Positions 29,991 to 39,789 of a stretch of DNA of 64,000 bases are shown here, piece by piece. The first letter of the stretch is position 1; each line of letters begins with the position of its first letter. A program made the position numbers and the translations under genes. Source of the DNA: Chromatiales bacterium (GTDB lineage Bacteria; Pseudomonadota; Gammaproteobacteria; JAGRCI01). Location: NCBI GenBank assembly GCA_020445565.1, contig JAGRGI010000021.1, positions 4,089 through 68,088 on the forward strand, read 5' to 3'. Below the pieces are notes generated by a model. The model had not been told where the DNA came from. It saw only the letters and a list, made by a program, of their open reading frames with translations, and did not search any database.

Positions 29991-30925
29991 CTACTGCCCT
30001 GCCCCGCTGTACAGCCGTAGCAGTGATCCGCCACCCGAATGCCACGGCCTTCCAGGCCGTGCGGGTCCAATTGGTCGAGATGCAGCCCGCCGGCGGGCGC
30101 GCCGGCCAGGGGAAGCTTCAACATCTGATTGAAATCGCAGTCATAGACCTTTCCCTGCCAGTCCACGCTGATCAACTCACGGCACATGACCGCGGCAAGG
30201 TTTTCATCCCGATGAGATGCCTTGAGGAGTTTCATGTAGTCATGAAACTCCCCCTTGGACAGCAGAGTACTGCCGAAGCGCTGAATCGGCATATTGGCCA
30301 GGGTGAGCAACCGGGTGAATACCACGCCGTACGCCTCGCCGAGATGTTTGCGATAGTCCGCCTCCAAGGCACATTGAGCCGGCGGCAGATAGGCTCCCAG
30401 CGGGTTGTAGACCAGATTCAATGGCAAGCCTTCTGCGCCGTAGCCCAGGGCATTGAGTCGCCTGAGGCCCGAGATACTTCGCTCGAACACGCCGTCACCG
30501 CGCTGGCCGTTGACGTTCTCCTCCAGGTAGCACGGCAGCGAGGCCACCACTTCGACCTGGTTGCCGGCCAGAAACTCTGCCAGATCCTCTTGTCCGGGTT
30601 CGCTTAGAATGGTGAGATTGCAGCGATCCATCACCTGGACGCCGCGGATGCGGGCCTGGCTGACCAACCAGCGAAAATGCGGGTTCAATTCCGGCGCGCC
30701 GCCGGTAAGATCCAATACCTGCACCGTAGAGCGATCCAGAAAGGCCAGTACGCTTTCGATGGTCTTGCGACTCATCTGCTCCTTGCGCTTCGGTCCGGCG
30801 TTGACGTGGCAATGCAGGCAGGACTGGTTGCAGCGATAGCCCAGATTCACCTGCAAGGCGGTGAGGGGCCGGCGCCGCAGGGCGGGGAAATCGCTGTCGA
30901 GCAGCAGGGGCAAAGTCGGTTTCAT
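29966..30925 (-). CDS. Radical SAM / Cys-rich domain protein (TIGR04167, ArsS-like)
   Basis: The CxxxCxxC radical SAM motif is CNQSCLHC, and the Cys-rich C-terminus reads ...DHCYGCTAGQGSSCGGAL. Length is 319 aa. Confidence 0.8.
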   Translation of the reverse strand: MKPTLPLLLDSDFPALRRRPLTALQVNLGYRCNQSCLHCHVNAGPKRKEQMSRKTIESVLAFLDRSTVQVLDLTGGAPELNPHFRWLVSQARIRGVQVMDRCNLTILSEPGQEDLAEFLAGNQVEVVASLPCYLEENVNGQRGDGVFERSISGLRRLNALGYGAEGLPLNLVYNPLGAYLPPAQCALEADYRKHLGEAYGVVFTRLLTLANMPIQRFGSTLLSKGEFHDYMKLLKASHRDENLAAVMCRELISVDWQGKVYDCDFNQMLKLPLAGAPAGGLHLDQLDPHGLEGRGIRVADHCYGCTAGQGSSCGGALNA

Positions 30926-30994
30926 GGCAAAACTGCTTTCCGGTTTCGTGACAACTGCGGATTTTGGCCAAATCCTGCGAGGAGCCTGTCCTTA

Positions 30995-31936
30995 ATGACT
31001 ATGCCCGCCGTCAGCGCATTGCGCAATCGCCTGATCAAAAACGCCCGCCACTGGGGTAAGTGGGCGCGACGCCAGGGCATCGGTAGTTATCGCCTCTATG
31101 ATCGGGACATTCCGGAATTTCCCCTGGCCGTGGATCGCTACGAGGGGCGCGTCCATGTCCAGGAGTTTGCCCGCCGCGGCACCGAGGGTAAAGACACGGA
31201 TTGGTGGGCAGCGGTCTTGCCCGTGGTCGCCGAGGTGCTGGAGGTTCCGCCCGAGGCCATCGCCACCAAACAGCGCCGCCGCCAGAAAGGTAGCGATCAA
31301 TACAATAAGACCGGCGAAACCGGGAAAGATTTTGTCGTCCACGAGGACGGTCTGGCATTTTGGGTAAATATGGACACCTATCTGGACACCGGACTGTTCC
31401 TGGATCACCGGCCGACCCGTCACCGCATCCGCCAGGAAGCGGCAGGCAAACGGTTTCTCAATCTGTTCGCCTACACCGGTAGTTTCAGCGTCTATGCCGC
31501 CGCCGGTGGCGCCAGCCATTCCCTGACCGTGGACCTGTCCAATACCTATCAAGACTGGACGCGACGCAATTTCGCCTTGAACGAGGTCGACCTGCGTCAA
31601 CACCACCTGCTGCGGACGGACGTTTTGAGGCTACTGGACGACCCCGGCGGTGACCTGGGTCGCTTCGACCTGATCGTCATGGACCCGCCGTCGTTCTCCA
31701 ACTCCAAGGCGATGGCCGCCGTTTTGGATGTGCAACGCGATCATCCGCGGCTGATCGCCGGCGCCCTGGATTTGCTCGCACCCGGCGGCACGCTGTATTT
31801 CTCCAACAATCGGCAGGGGTTTCAACTGGACGAGAACGCCCTGCCGGACTGCCAATGGAAAGAAATCACCACGCAGACCCTGGCCGAGGATTTTCGCCGC
31901 AAGGGTGGGCATCGCTGCTGGTTGATTCAGCGATAG
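30995..31936 (+). CDS. Class I SAM-dependent N-methyltransferase, RlmK/RlmI-like rRNA methyltransferase type (DPPSF motif)
   Basis: The start is taken at MTMPAVSALRNRLIKNARH, inside the track ORF 30677..31936. Motif I is NLFAYTGSFSVYAA and motif IV is MDPPSF. Confidence 0.7.
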   Translation: MTMPAVSALRNRLIKNARHWGKWARRQGIGSYRLYDRDIPEFPLAVDRYEGRVHVQEFARRGTEGKDTDWWAAVLPVVAEVLEVPPEAIATKQRRRQKGSDQYNKTGETGKDFVVHEDGLAFWVNMDTYLDTGLFLDHRPTRHRIRQEAAGKRFLNLFAYTGSFSVYAAAGGASHSLTVDLSNTYQDWTRRNFALNEVDLRQHHLLRTDVLRLLDDPGGDLGRFDLIVMDPPSFSNSKAMAAVLDVQRDHPRLIAGALDLLAPGGTLYFSNNRQGFQLDENALPDCQWKEITTQTLAEDFRRKGGHRCWLIQR

Positions 31937-32044
31937 CACGACCTGAAAGCAAAACAGAAGCAAACGCCCTCCTGGCCCCTGGGTCCCGGTATTCCCTGCC
32001 GGGACGACACGATCCGTCATTCCTCCAGGGAGTGGCGGGATTCG

Positions 32045-34003
32045 CTACACCCGAAAGCGCCCCACCACGCTGTTCAATTGTTCGGCCATCGAGGCCAGTT
32101 CCTCGGCGGCGCGGGCGGTGTCCTGGGCGCCGTCTGCGGTATGCACGCTGCCCTGGCTGATGTCGATGACGTTGCGGTTGATTTCTTCTATCACTCCGCC
32201 CTGCTGATTGGCCGCCACCGCGATCTGGGCGTTCTTCTCGGTGATGCGGGCGACGGAAGTTGTGATCTTGTCCAAGGCATCGCGGGCCTTCGAGGCCCTG
32301 TCAACACTGCCTTTTGCCCCCTCACGGCTCTCACCCATCGCCGAAACCGCCTGACGGGACTTGCTCTGGAAGTCACCGATCATTTTCTGGATCTCTTCGG
32401 TGGATTCCTGTGTACGGCTGGCCAGCGTTCGCACTTCGTCGGCGACCACGGCAAATCCACGCCCCTGCTCGCCTGCGCGAGCCGCTTCGATGGCGGCGTT
32501 CAAGGCCAGTAGATTGGTTTGCTCGGCGATGCCGCGGATCACGTCCAACACGCTGCCGATGCGGTCGCTGCTCTGCTCCAACTGAGCGATCACTTCGGCG
32601 GCGCGATCCACGTCATCGGCCAGCTTGCGTATGGACCTCATGGCGTCGCTCACCACGGCCATGCCCTTGCCCGCCTCCTCCCCGGCACTATTTGCCGACT
32701 CCGCCGCGGCCTGGGCGTTACGGGATACTTCATGCACGGACGCTGCCATCTCGGTAATGGCCGCCGCCACCTGGTCCGTACTGCTGCGTTGTTCTGCCAG
32801 ATTTTGGCTGGTGTTGCGGGTCACTGAGCTGAGGCGGTTGGCTGCGGCATTCAAGGGATCGGTAAGGCGCCCCACTTGGACCACCAACTCTCGAATATTG
32901 CCCACGAACGCGTTGAAACCCTTGGCCAATTCGCCGAGTTCATCCTGAGATCCTATCGGCAGGCTCGCAGAAAGATCGCCGTCGCCATCGGCGATAGCGT
33001 TCATCTGTTTCGACGCTCGGCGAACCGACGCCACTACCTGACGACGAGCGAGGATATAGCCCACCCCTGCGAGCAGAACCCCCACAAGCATGGCGATGGT
33101 AATGGTACGTATCGAGGTGGCGATCAGGGCGTCAACTTCCGTGACACGGGTTTCCACCAGCGCGTCGGCGCGCTCTTCGATCCTGGCCAAAATATCCGTG
33201 AGCGCCTTGCTCGCCTCCGCGAAATGCTGGCGCCTGCGCGAATAATCCTTGTGAGCGGCAACCGCCTGATCGAAGACCCGCTGGTGCTCCTTCAGCAGGG
33301 AGCCAAAATCGACCCGCGCCGCGATTCTGGAACTCCCGGCCAGTTCGCCAAAATTCGCTGCCAGTTCCGCATGCCAGGCCGCCAGATCGTTTTCAGACCG
33401 CCCGGCATCCGCCCCGGCGATCAAATCGGACAAGGCATGGTCCTTTCGCAGCAGGGCGATTCGGCCTTCCATCAGAGCATCGGCAACCGGCCAGGCTTCG
33501 CGCAGTTCGGCGGCACTGATCTCACCCTGATCTATGGACGCCTCGAGATCGCCCTCCAGGGCAAGCAACCGATCATCCAGATGCAAGACGTTTCCATAGG
33601 CAATCGTTTTCGCTTGTTGCAGGTTGCGGTAGCTTTCCAATGCCTCGTCTCTCTGCTGCCGAAAAGCATCGGTGCGCTGCTGCAAGGCGGAGATATCCAC
33701 GGTATCGATCAGACCGCTCTCTCGCAAACGCCGAAACGCCTGAGTGCCTGCAGCAACCGCCCGCTCCATGTCGCCGCTATCGCCGATGCCGAGCAGGCTG
33801 TTCTGCACCGCGGCAATCTCCTGAAGACTCTCGATACTGGTCTCCATGGCACCATCGGCCGCATTCCAAGCCGGGCCACTGACGAAACGCAGGGCATCGG
33901 ACAAATGTTGTGTCGCAAGCAGCCCTGCCCCACCGGCCACGGCGATCAAAAGCGCAAAACTACCAAAGGCAATCGCCGTCTTCGTGGAAATGGTGAGTTT
34001 CAT
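32045..34003 (-). CDS. Methyl-accepting chemotaxis protein (periplasmic helical sensor, HAMP, MCP signal domain)
   Basis: 652 aa. It has the highly conserved signalling region ...[40 protein letters not shown].... Confidence 0.9.
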   Translation of the reverse strand: MKLTISTKTAIAFGSFALLIAVAGGAGLLATQHLSDALRFVSGPAWNAADGAMETSIESLQEIAAVQNSLLGIGDSGDMERAVAAGTQAFRRLRESGLIDTVDISALQQRTDAFRQQRDEALESYRNLQQAKTIAYGNVLHLDDRLLALEGDLEASIDQGEISAAELREAWPVADALMEGRIALLRKDHALSDLIAGADAGRSENDLAAWHAELAANFGELAGSSRIAARVDFGSLLKEHQRVFDQAVAAHKDYSRRRQHFAEASKALTDILARIEERADALVETRVTEVDALIATSIRTITIAMLVGVLLAGVGYILARRQVVASVRRASKQMNAIADGDGDLSASLPIGSQDELGELAKGFNAFVGNIRELVVQVGRLTDPLNAAANRLSSVTRNTSQNLAEQRSSTDQVAAAITEMAASVHEVSRNAQAAAESANSAGEEAGKGMAVVSDAMRSIRKLADDVDRAAEVIAQLEQSSDRIGSVLDVIRGIAEQTNLLALNAAIEAARAGEQGRGFAVVADEVRTLASRTQESTEEIQKMIGDFQSKSRQAVSAMGESREGAKGSVDRASKARDALDKITTSVARITEKNAQIAVAANQQGGVIEEINRNVIDISQGSVHTADGAQDTARAAEELASMAEQLNSVVGRFRV

Positions 34004-34199
34004 CGTCTTACCTGGCAGCCCGCTATCGTTATGGAGTGGGCAAGATGTCGGCTATTCGGACAAAAACTTGAGCCAGGTCAATTTGCCGGCCCATCTGCAT
34101 CCAGGGCGGAATTTTGTCGGGGACGAAAGACTGAACAGAAGACCCTCAACAACGATGTTGAGGGTCAGATTCGAAAAAGGCAGGAAATGGACGTGCAGA

Positions 34200-35054
34200 T
34201 CAGAGCTTTCGGCGACTGGCGAGGGCGAGGATGCCAAACGTGGCCAGCAGCAAGGCAAGGCCGATCCGTGTCCATTCTCCAAGGGTGGGAACCGGAACCG
34301 GGGTGACGACGACCGCTGGCGCATCATTGTCAACGGCCAGACCGTTGATATCCACCGGATCAACGCCGTTGTAGGCGAGATCCGCGGAAACCGCGGCACC
34401 GGTGGTGACGGAGAAGGCCAGATCGCCATCGATCAGGGCATCGTCGATCGCCGTGATGGTCACGGTCGCCGAGTACCCATTGCCCGCAGTCAGGGTGACG
34501 GAGTTGGTGGACAGCGTGATCTCCGCGGCCGTGTTATTGGTCAGGTTAATGACGATGTCAGAAGCGGGGGCACCGGTCGCAGCGATGGTCACGACCTGGT
34601 TGGCACCCTCCGTGACAAAGAGACCGCTGCTCGGATTGACCGTGATCGTGTCGACGCCCTCTATGTTGACATTGGTTGCATTCACATCGGCGGCGACCTC
34701 CATGGCATAGTTGCCGGCGGGCTGATTGGAACTGACCGCATTGGTGATGGTGTACATGACGTCACCATCGTTTCCGTCGCCCGAGGCGCCGGGGGTGACG
34801 GTGATGAACTGCGGTGTCGTGTAATCGGCCAGTGTAAACATGACCGCAGCGCTGACGGTGCCTTCGGTAACGTCACCGCTGGACGGCGTGACGGTGACGG
34901 TTTCACCGGCGCTCGGCGGGCTGTCGAGGCTGACCCGGTATGTGACTGCGCTGCCGTCTTCGGTGGTCGTCAGGGTAGTGGGTGTTATGACGACAGCGGC
35001 TTCGGCGTTGCTTGCAACGAACAACGCGGCGAGGGATAGGTAAAGTCTCTTCAC
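34200..35054 (-). CDS. Secreted Thr/Val-rich repetitive surface protein with IPTL-CTERM sorting signal
   Basis: The signal peptide is MKRLYLSLAALFVASNAEA. The C-terminus PVPVPTLGEWTRIGLALLLATFGILALASRRKL has the IPTL-like motif, a TM helix and a basic tail. Confidence 0.75.
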   Translation of the reverse strand: MKRLYLSLAALFVASNAEAAVVITPTTLTTTEDGSAVTYRVSLDSPPSAGETVTVTPSSGDVTEGTVSAAVMFTLADYTTPQFITVTPGASGDGNDGDVMYTITNAVSSNQPAGNYAMEVAADVNATNVNIEGVDTITVNPSSGLFVTEGANQVVTIAATGAPASDIVINLTNNTAAEITLSTNSVTLTAGNGYSATVTITAIDDALIDGDLAFSVTTGAAVSADLAYNGVDPVDINGLAVDNDAPAVVVTPVPVPTLGEWTRIGLALLLATFGILALASRRKL

Positions 35055-35212
35055 GGAGTCTCCTTGCGGTGTCGGTGGTGCGGGAAGGCTGGAAGGACAG
35101 GGCGCAAAAACCGCACCAAAGGCGAACGGCTAAAAGCCTGGCCACTCCGATTCCTGGGAAAAACCCTTGGAATATAGGACACGCGAGGAAACTATCAAGA
35201 AAAACGCCAACA

Positions 35213-35238
35213 AACCGGCGCTAAAGCCGGTTTTTTCT
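35213..35238. terminator. Rho-independent terminator-like hairpin (usable on either strand) downstream of the ABC transporter operon
   Basis: aaccggc-gctaaa-gccggtt is followed by tttttct on the plus strand. On the minus strand the same hairpin is followed by tgttggcgttttt. Confidence 0.4.
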
Positions 35239-35385
35239 GCGCGCCGTCAAGGTGCCGACTGCCATAGTGATCAGGCAGCTTGCACATGACGAGTCCCTTG
35301 TAAATCGTACCTGCCAAAAGAAACCAGTCACTCTTCCCTCCCGGTGGACATCCATCGAACCACCGGGTCCAGGCCAGTATCGATC

Positions 35386-36258
35386 TCAACCCGCCAGCCG
35401 CAGTTTCGGCTTGTCGGCGTTGCCGCCCTCGGTTTTTTTCGGCGCTTCCGGCTTGGTATGCCGCTCGTGGAGGAACTTCACTACTTCCGCCCGATAGTGG
35501 TTATAGGTCGGGTCCTCGGCCAGTTCCAGCCGATCCCGCGGACGAGGCAGGTCGATGTTGAGGATTTCGCCTACAGTGGCTGAAGGGCCGTTGGACATCA
35601 TCACGATGCGGTCGGAGAGCAGCACGGCCTCGTCCACGTCATGGGTGATCATGATAACGGTGTTGTTAAGATTCGCCTGGATCTCCATGAGGGAGTCCTG
35701 CATATGGGTGCGGGTCAGAGAGTCCAGGGCGCCGAAGGGTTCGTCCATGAGCAACACCTTGGGCTGCATGGACAGGGCACGGGCGATGCCGACACGCTGC
35801 TTCATACCGCCGGAGATCTCGTCCGGCCTGCGGTCCAGGGCATGGCCCATGTGCACCAATTCCAGGTTGTGCAGAGTCCATTCGTGGCGTTCCTGCTTGG
35901 TTTTAGTCTTGCGGAAGACCCGGTCCACAGCCAGTTTCACGTTGTCGTATACCGTGAGCCAGGGCATCAGGGAATGATGCTGAAACACCACGGCACGGTC
36001 GGGGCCTGGCTCGGTGACCTCCTTGCCTTCCAGGACCACCCCACCCTCGGTAGCACTGAGCAAGCCGGCAACGATGTTCAACACCGTGGACTTGCCACAG
36101 CCGGAATGACCGATGAGGGACACGAACTCCCCTTGTGCCACTTTCAGGTGCACGTCCTTGAGAACGTTCAGCGGCCCCTTGTCGGTGGGGAAAGTAATGC
36201 TGACGTGATCGATATCGAGATAACTGTTCATGGCAACTCCTGGATTTTTGCTCGGCAA
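35386..36258 (-). CDS. ABC transporter ATP-binding protein (nitrate/bicarbonate/sulfonate NrtD/CmpD family)
   Basis: Walker A is GHSGCGKST, with the ABC signature and Walker B present. It starts 1 bp after the permease stop. Confidence 0.9.
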   Translation of the reverse strand: MPSKNPGVAMNSYLDIDHVSITFPTDKGPLNVLKDVHLKVAQGEFVSLIGHSGCGKSTVLNIVAGLLSATEGGVVLEGKEVTEPGPDRAVVFQHHSLMPWLTVYDNVKLAVDRVFRKTKTKQERHEWTLHNLELVHMGHALDRRPDEISGGMKQRVGIARALSMQPKVLLMDEPFGALDSLTRTHMQDSLMEIQANLNNTVIMITHDVDEAVLLSDRIVMMSNGPSATVGEILNIDLPRPRDRLELAEDPTYNHYRAEVVKFLHERHTKPEAPKKTEGGNADKPKLRLAG

Positions 36259-36259
36259 T

Positions 36260-37291
36260 TCAGCGCAGTACGGCGTTTTTATCCCAATTGAAATGGCGTT
36301 GCAGGGACAGCATGCCTCGGTCGAGCAGATAGCCGATGAAGCCGATCACCAGTACGGCCACCATGATTCGCGCCAGGGAGTTCGATGAGCCGTTCTGGAA
36401 CTCATCCCAGACGAACTTGCCAAGGCCGGGGTTCTGGGCAAGCATCTCGGCGGCGATCAATACCATCCAGCCAATGCCCAGCGACAGGCGCAGGCCGGTG
36501 AAGATCATGGGCACGGAAGACGGCAGCACGATCTTCATGGTCTTGGTGAACCAGGACAGGCGCAACACGCGGCTGACGTTGATCAGATCTTTGTCGACGC
36601 TGGAGACACCCACCGTGGTGTTGATAACCGTCGGCCAGATGCAACACAAGGTGACGGTGAGCGCGGAGTTGAGAAAGGATTTATCGAACATCGGGTCGTC
36701 GCTGACGTAGAGGGCCGAGACCACCATGGTGACCAGCGGCAGCCAGGCCAGGGGCGAGACCGGTTTGAACAGTTGAATCAGCGGGTTGAGGGCGCCGTAC
36801 AACGTGCGGCTCATACCCGAGACGATGCCGATGGGTATGGCGATGAGCGAGGCCAGCAGAAAGCCGGCGGCTACGGTGTAGAGGCTGGTGAAGATCTGAT
36901 CGAAAAAAGTCGGTTTACCGGTGTACTGCCTGTCACGCATCCGCTGGATGCGGTCCTCCGGCTGGCCGGCGGCAACCGCCTTTTCGATACGTTCGTCCAT
37001 TCTTTCGTAGAACTCCGCTTCCTTATCGCGCTCGGCTTTATGCTCCTGGTAGAGAGACACGGTCTGGTCCCATACCGCCGCAGGTCCGGGCAACTGCCCC
37101 AGGGAGGTTTGAACGTTCTTGGCGCCTACGCTCCAGAGCAGAAGAAACACTCCCACGGCCAGAACGGGCACCAACACCACTCGCCCGAAGTTGCCGGCTA
37201 TACGTGTGAGTCTGTCACCGGCGAGGTAATCGAGAATCCGCTCGAATACCGGTAGATTGAAGGCTTGCTGACGACGGATTGCACTGATCAT
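36260..37291 (-). CDS. ABC transporter permease (NrtB/CmpB family)
   Basis: It is a multi-TM protein with an EAA-like loop, in a binding-protein/permease/ATPase operon. Confidence 0.85.
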   Translation of the reverse strand: MISAIRRQQAFNLPVFERILDYLAGDRLTRIAGNFGRVVLVPVLAVGVFLLLWSVGAKNVQTSLGQLPGPAAVWDQTVSLYQEHKAERDKEAEFYERMDERIEKAVAAGQPEDRIQRMRDRQYTGKPTFFDQIFTSLYTVAAGFLLASLIAIPIGIVSGMSRTLYGALNPLIQLFKPVSPLAWLPLVTMVVSALYVSDDPMFDKSFLNSALTVTLCCIWPTVINTTVGVSSVDKDLINVSRVLRLSWFTKTMKIVLPSSVPMIFTGLRLSLGIGWMVLIAAEMLAQNPGLGKFVWDEFQNGSSNSLARIMVAVLVIGFIGYLLDRGMLSLQRHFNWDKNAVLR

Positions 37292-37312
37292 GGGAGGTTC
37301 CTCCTGTGGGCC

Positions 37313-38719
37313 TTAGGGACGTTCGTCGGCCTTCAGTCCGATCGGGAATTGCTTGAGGTAGTCGTTCGGCTTGGTACCGTCGTAGGTAACGCCGTCGATG
37401 AACTGGGTCTGCGGTTCGCGATAGCCGTCTTCCTTGGCGAAATCGGGGAACTCAGTGGCAGACAACTTACCCTCGGCGATCAGCTCCTTGGCGGCGGTTT
37501 CGTAGATGTCCGGGCGGTAGACGCTCCTGGCCACTTCGTCGTACCAAGAGTCCGGCTTGGCCTCGGCGATCTGTCCCCAGCGGCGCATCTGGGTCAGGTA
37601 CCAGACGGCGTCGGAGTAATAGGGATAGGTGGCGAAGTAGCGGAAGAAGACGTTGAAGTCGGGCACCGCGCGCTTGTCGCCCTTTTCGTATTCGAAGGTG
37701 CCGGTCATGGAGTTGGCGATGACGTCATAGTCCGCGCCCACATAGTTGGACTTGGAGAGGATCTTTACCGCCTCCGGACGATTGGCGTTGTCGTTTTCAT
37801 CCAACCATTTGGCGGCACGCAACAGGGCCTTGACCACCCGCACCGTGGTGTTGGGGTACTTTTCCGTGAATTCCTTGGTCATACCGAAGACCTTCTCCGG
37901 ATTGTCCTTCCAGATCTCGTAGTCCGTAATCACCGGTACGCCGATGCCTTTGAACACCGCCTGCTGGTTCCAGGGTTCACCGACGCAATAACCGTAAATG
38001 GTGCCGGCCTCCAGGGTGGCAGGCATCTGCGGCGGTGGGGTTACGGATAGCAAGGCGTCTGCCTTGAGCTGGCCGGTGATATCGCCCTTGTCGGGGGCGT
38101 AATAACCGGGGTGGATACCGCCGGCCGCCAGCCAGTAACGCAATTCATAGTTGTGGGTGGAAACCGGGAACACCATGCCCATCTTGAAGGGCTTGCCCTC
38201 GGCCTTGTATTTCTCCACCACCGGCTTGAGGTAATCGGCCTTGATGGGGTGCTGGGGCTTGCCATCGGCCTGTTTCGGCACATGGGGCTTCATCAGCTCC
38301 CAAACCTCGTTGGAAACGGTGATGCCGTTGCCGTTCAGGTCCATGGAAAACGGTGTGACGATATGCGCCTTGGTACCGAATCCGATGGTGGCGGCCAGGG
38401 GTTGGCCAGCGAGCATATGCGCGCCGTCGAGCTGTCCGTCGATGACGCCGTCCAGCAGCACCTTCCAGTTGGCCTGCGCCTCCAGGGTCACATACAGGCC
38501 CTCGTCTTCGAAATAGCCTTTTTCGTAGGCGACGGCCAGGGGCGCCATATCGGTCAGCTTGATGAAGCCGAATTTGAGATCTTCCTTCTCGGGGTAGCCG
38601 ATTTCCGCCTGTGCCGGCGTGATGGATACAGCCAGGCCCATTGACACGGCAAGGCCCAGTGCGCCGCGACGGAAAAAGCCCCGTCGGGTGATGGATTGGC
38701 CGGAATACGTGCGACTCAT
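37313..38719 (-). CDS. NrtA/CmpA-family periplasmic nitrate/bicarbonate-binding protein with Tat signal
   Basis: The start is set at [25 protein letters not shown], a twin-arginine signal. The 468 aa size fits NrtA/CmpA, and the track ORF's 94-aa N-extension is rejected. Confidence 0.85.
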   Translation of the reverse strand: MSRTYSGQSITRRGFFRRGALGLAVSMGLAVSITPAQAEIGYPEKEDLKFGFIKLTDMAPLAVAYEKGYFEDEGLYVTLEAQANWKVLLDGVIDGQLDGAHMLAGQPLAATIGFGTKAHIVTPFSMDLNGNGITVSNEVWELMKPHVPKQADGKPQHPIKADYLKPVVEKYKAEGKPFKMGMVFPVSTHNYELRYWLAAGGIHPGYYAPDKGDITGQLKADALLSVTPPPQMPATLEAGTIYGYCVGEPWNQQAVFKGIGVPVITDYEIWKDNPEKVFGMTKEFTEKYPNTTVRVVKALLRAAKWLDENDNANRPEAVKILSKSNYVGADYDVIANSMTGTFEYEKGDKRAVPDFNVFFRYFATYPYYSDAVWYLTQMRRWGQIAEAKPDSWYDEVARSVYRPDIYETAAKELIAEGKLSATEFPDFAKEDGYREPQTQFIDGVTYDGTKPNDYLKQFPIGLKADERP

Positions 38720-39020
38720 AGTAGAAAAGCCTCCAACAACGACTACCAAAAAAAAACGGTGCCGCCCATCGAGAGCTCTCAGGAGTTCGCTCTCGGGGAC
38801 GGACACCGTTGTCCACACAAGCGCCGCCAACGGCGGCGACGCAAGCGAGTATCTGTTGATCCGAGACACCCTCCGTTGGGCGCTCACGATTGCTGTTGGA
38901 GTAGCAATAGGCATGCCATAAGCTGGGAAAGGCCATCGGCCATGGAGATTTGGTTTTATTGTGGGTTTGGGCGGGCTATGCCCCGAGCGGATCCGCACCA
39001 AATAAGAGCATTAGTGCGTT

Positions 39021-39704
39021 CTAACGCACCGTCGTAGCAGAGGACTTTTCTGCCACACGGTCGCGCAGATAGACAGGCAGGGCCTGATCGGCAGAACCCG
39101 GCTCCACCAGGGCGGCCAGCCGAAGTATGGCCTCGGCCTTGGGCAACGCCTCTGGCATGCTGTCCCGCAGACGGTCACCAAGTCTGGCGGCCAGCGATTG
39201 CCCGTAGGCGCCCCAACCACTGCCAACACCGAACCACTCATCTCCCGCCGGTACCGTGACCGCTTCGGGTGCACCTACGGTTTCGGGCATCACCGGCCGA
39301 ACCAGGCCATCCTGAGCCACCCGAAAAGCCCCCCAATAGACCTCGCCCATACGCGCATCAATGGCGGCGAGGATGTTTTTTGCCCCCAAAGCAACAGCTT
39401 CCTGCGCCAGGGCAGCCAGCGTGGAAACCGCAAACACCGGCAGATTTCGGGCAAAAGCCAGACCTTGCGCGACACCGGTGGCAATACGCACACCGGTAAA
39501 GCTACCGGGACCACGGCCGAAGGCGATGCCTTTAACGGCCTCGCGGGGCAGCCCAGCCTCCTGCAGGACTGCTTCGACCATGGGCAGGATCAGGCGGCTA
39601 TGCCCCTGGGGCTCGATTTGAAAACGGCTGTAGATCCGTTCGTCGGCGTACAAGGCGGCACTACAGGCTTCGGTAGCGGTTTCGATGGCGAGCAGGTGGT
39701 TCAT
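39021..39704 (-). CDS. tsaB: tRNA threonylcarbamoyladenosine biosynthesis protein TsaB (YeaZ)
   Basis: MNHLLAIETATEACSAALYAD...GPGSFTGVRIATGVAQGLAFA. Confidence 0.9.
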   Translation of the reverse strand: MNHLLAIETATEACSAALYADERIYSRFQIEPQGHSRLILPMVEAVLQEAGLPREAVKGIAFGRGPGSFTGVRIATGVAQGLAFARNLPVFAVSTLAALAQEAVALGAKNILAAIDARMGEVYWGAFRVAQDGLVRPVMPETVGAPEAVTVPAGDEWFGVGSGWGAYGQSLAARLGDRLRDSMPEALPKAEAILRLAALVEPGSADQALPVYLRDRVAEKSSATTVR

Positions 39705-39789
39705 GAATTTTCGATTAAGAATGAGGGCGGCAGGGAATTATCGGCCATTGTCGATCTTCTACCATCGGCTCGCAGCCCAAGCCAAGCTT

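Noticed and set aside
30677-31936. N-terminal extensions of track ORFs (30677.., 37313..39001, 43653..45422, 14359.., 28690..29631, 49110..)
   Set aside because: The internal Met gives a canonical protein start (signal peptide, Tat motif, family-typical N-terminus or 4-bp operon overlap), whereas the extension has no family-like sequence. Coordinates were trimmed accordingly.
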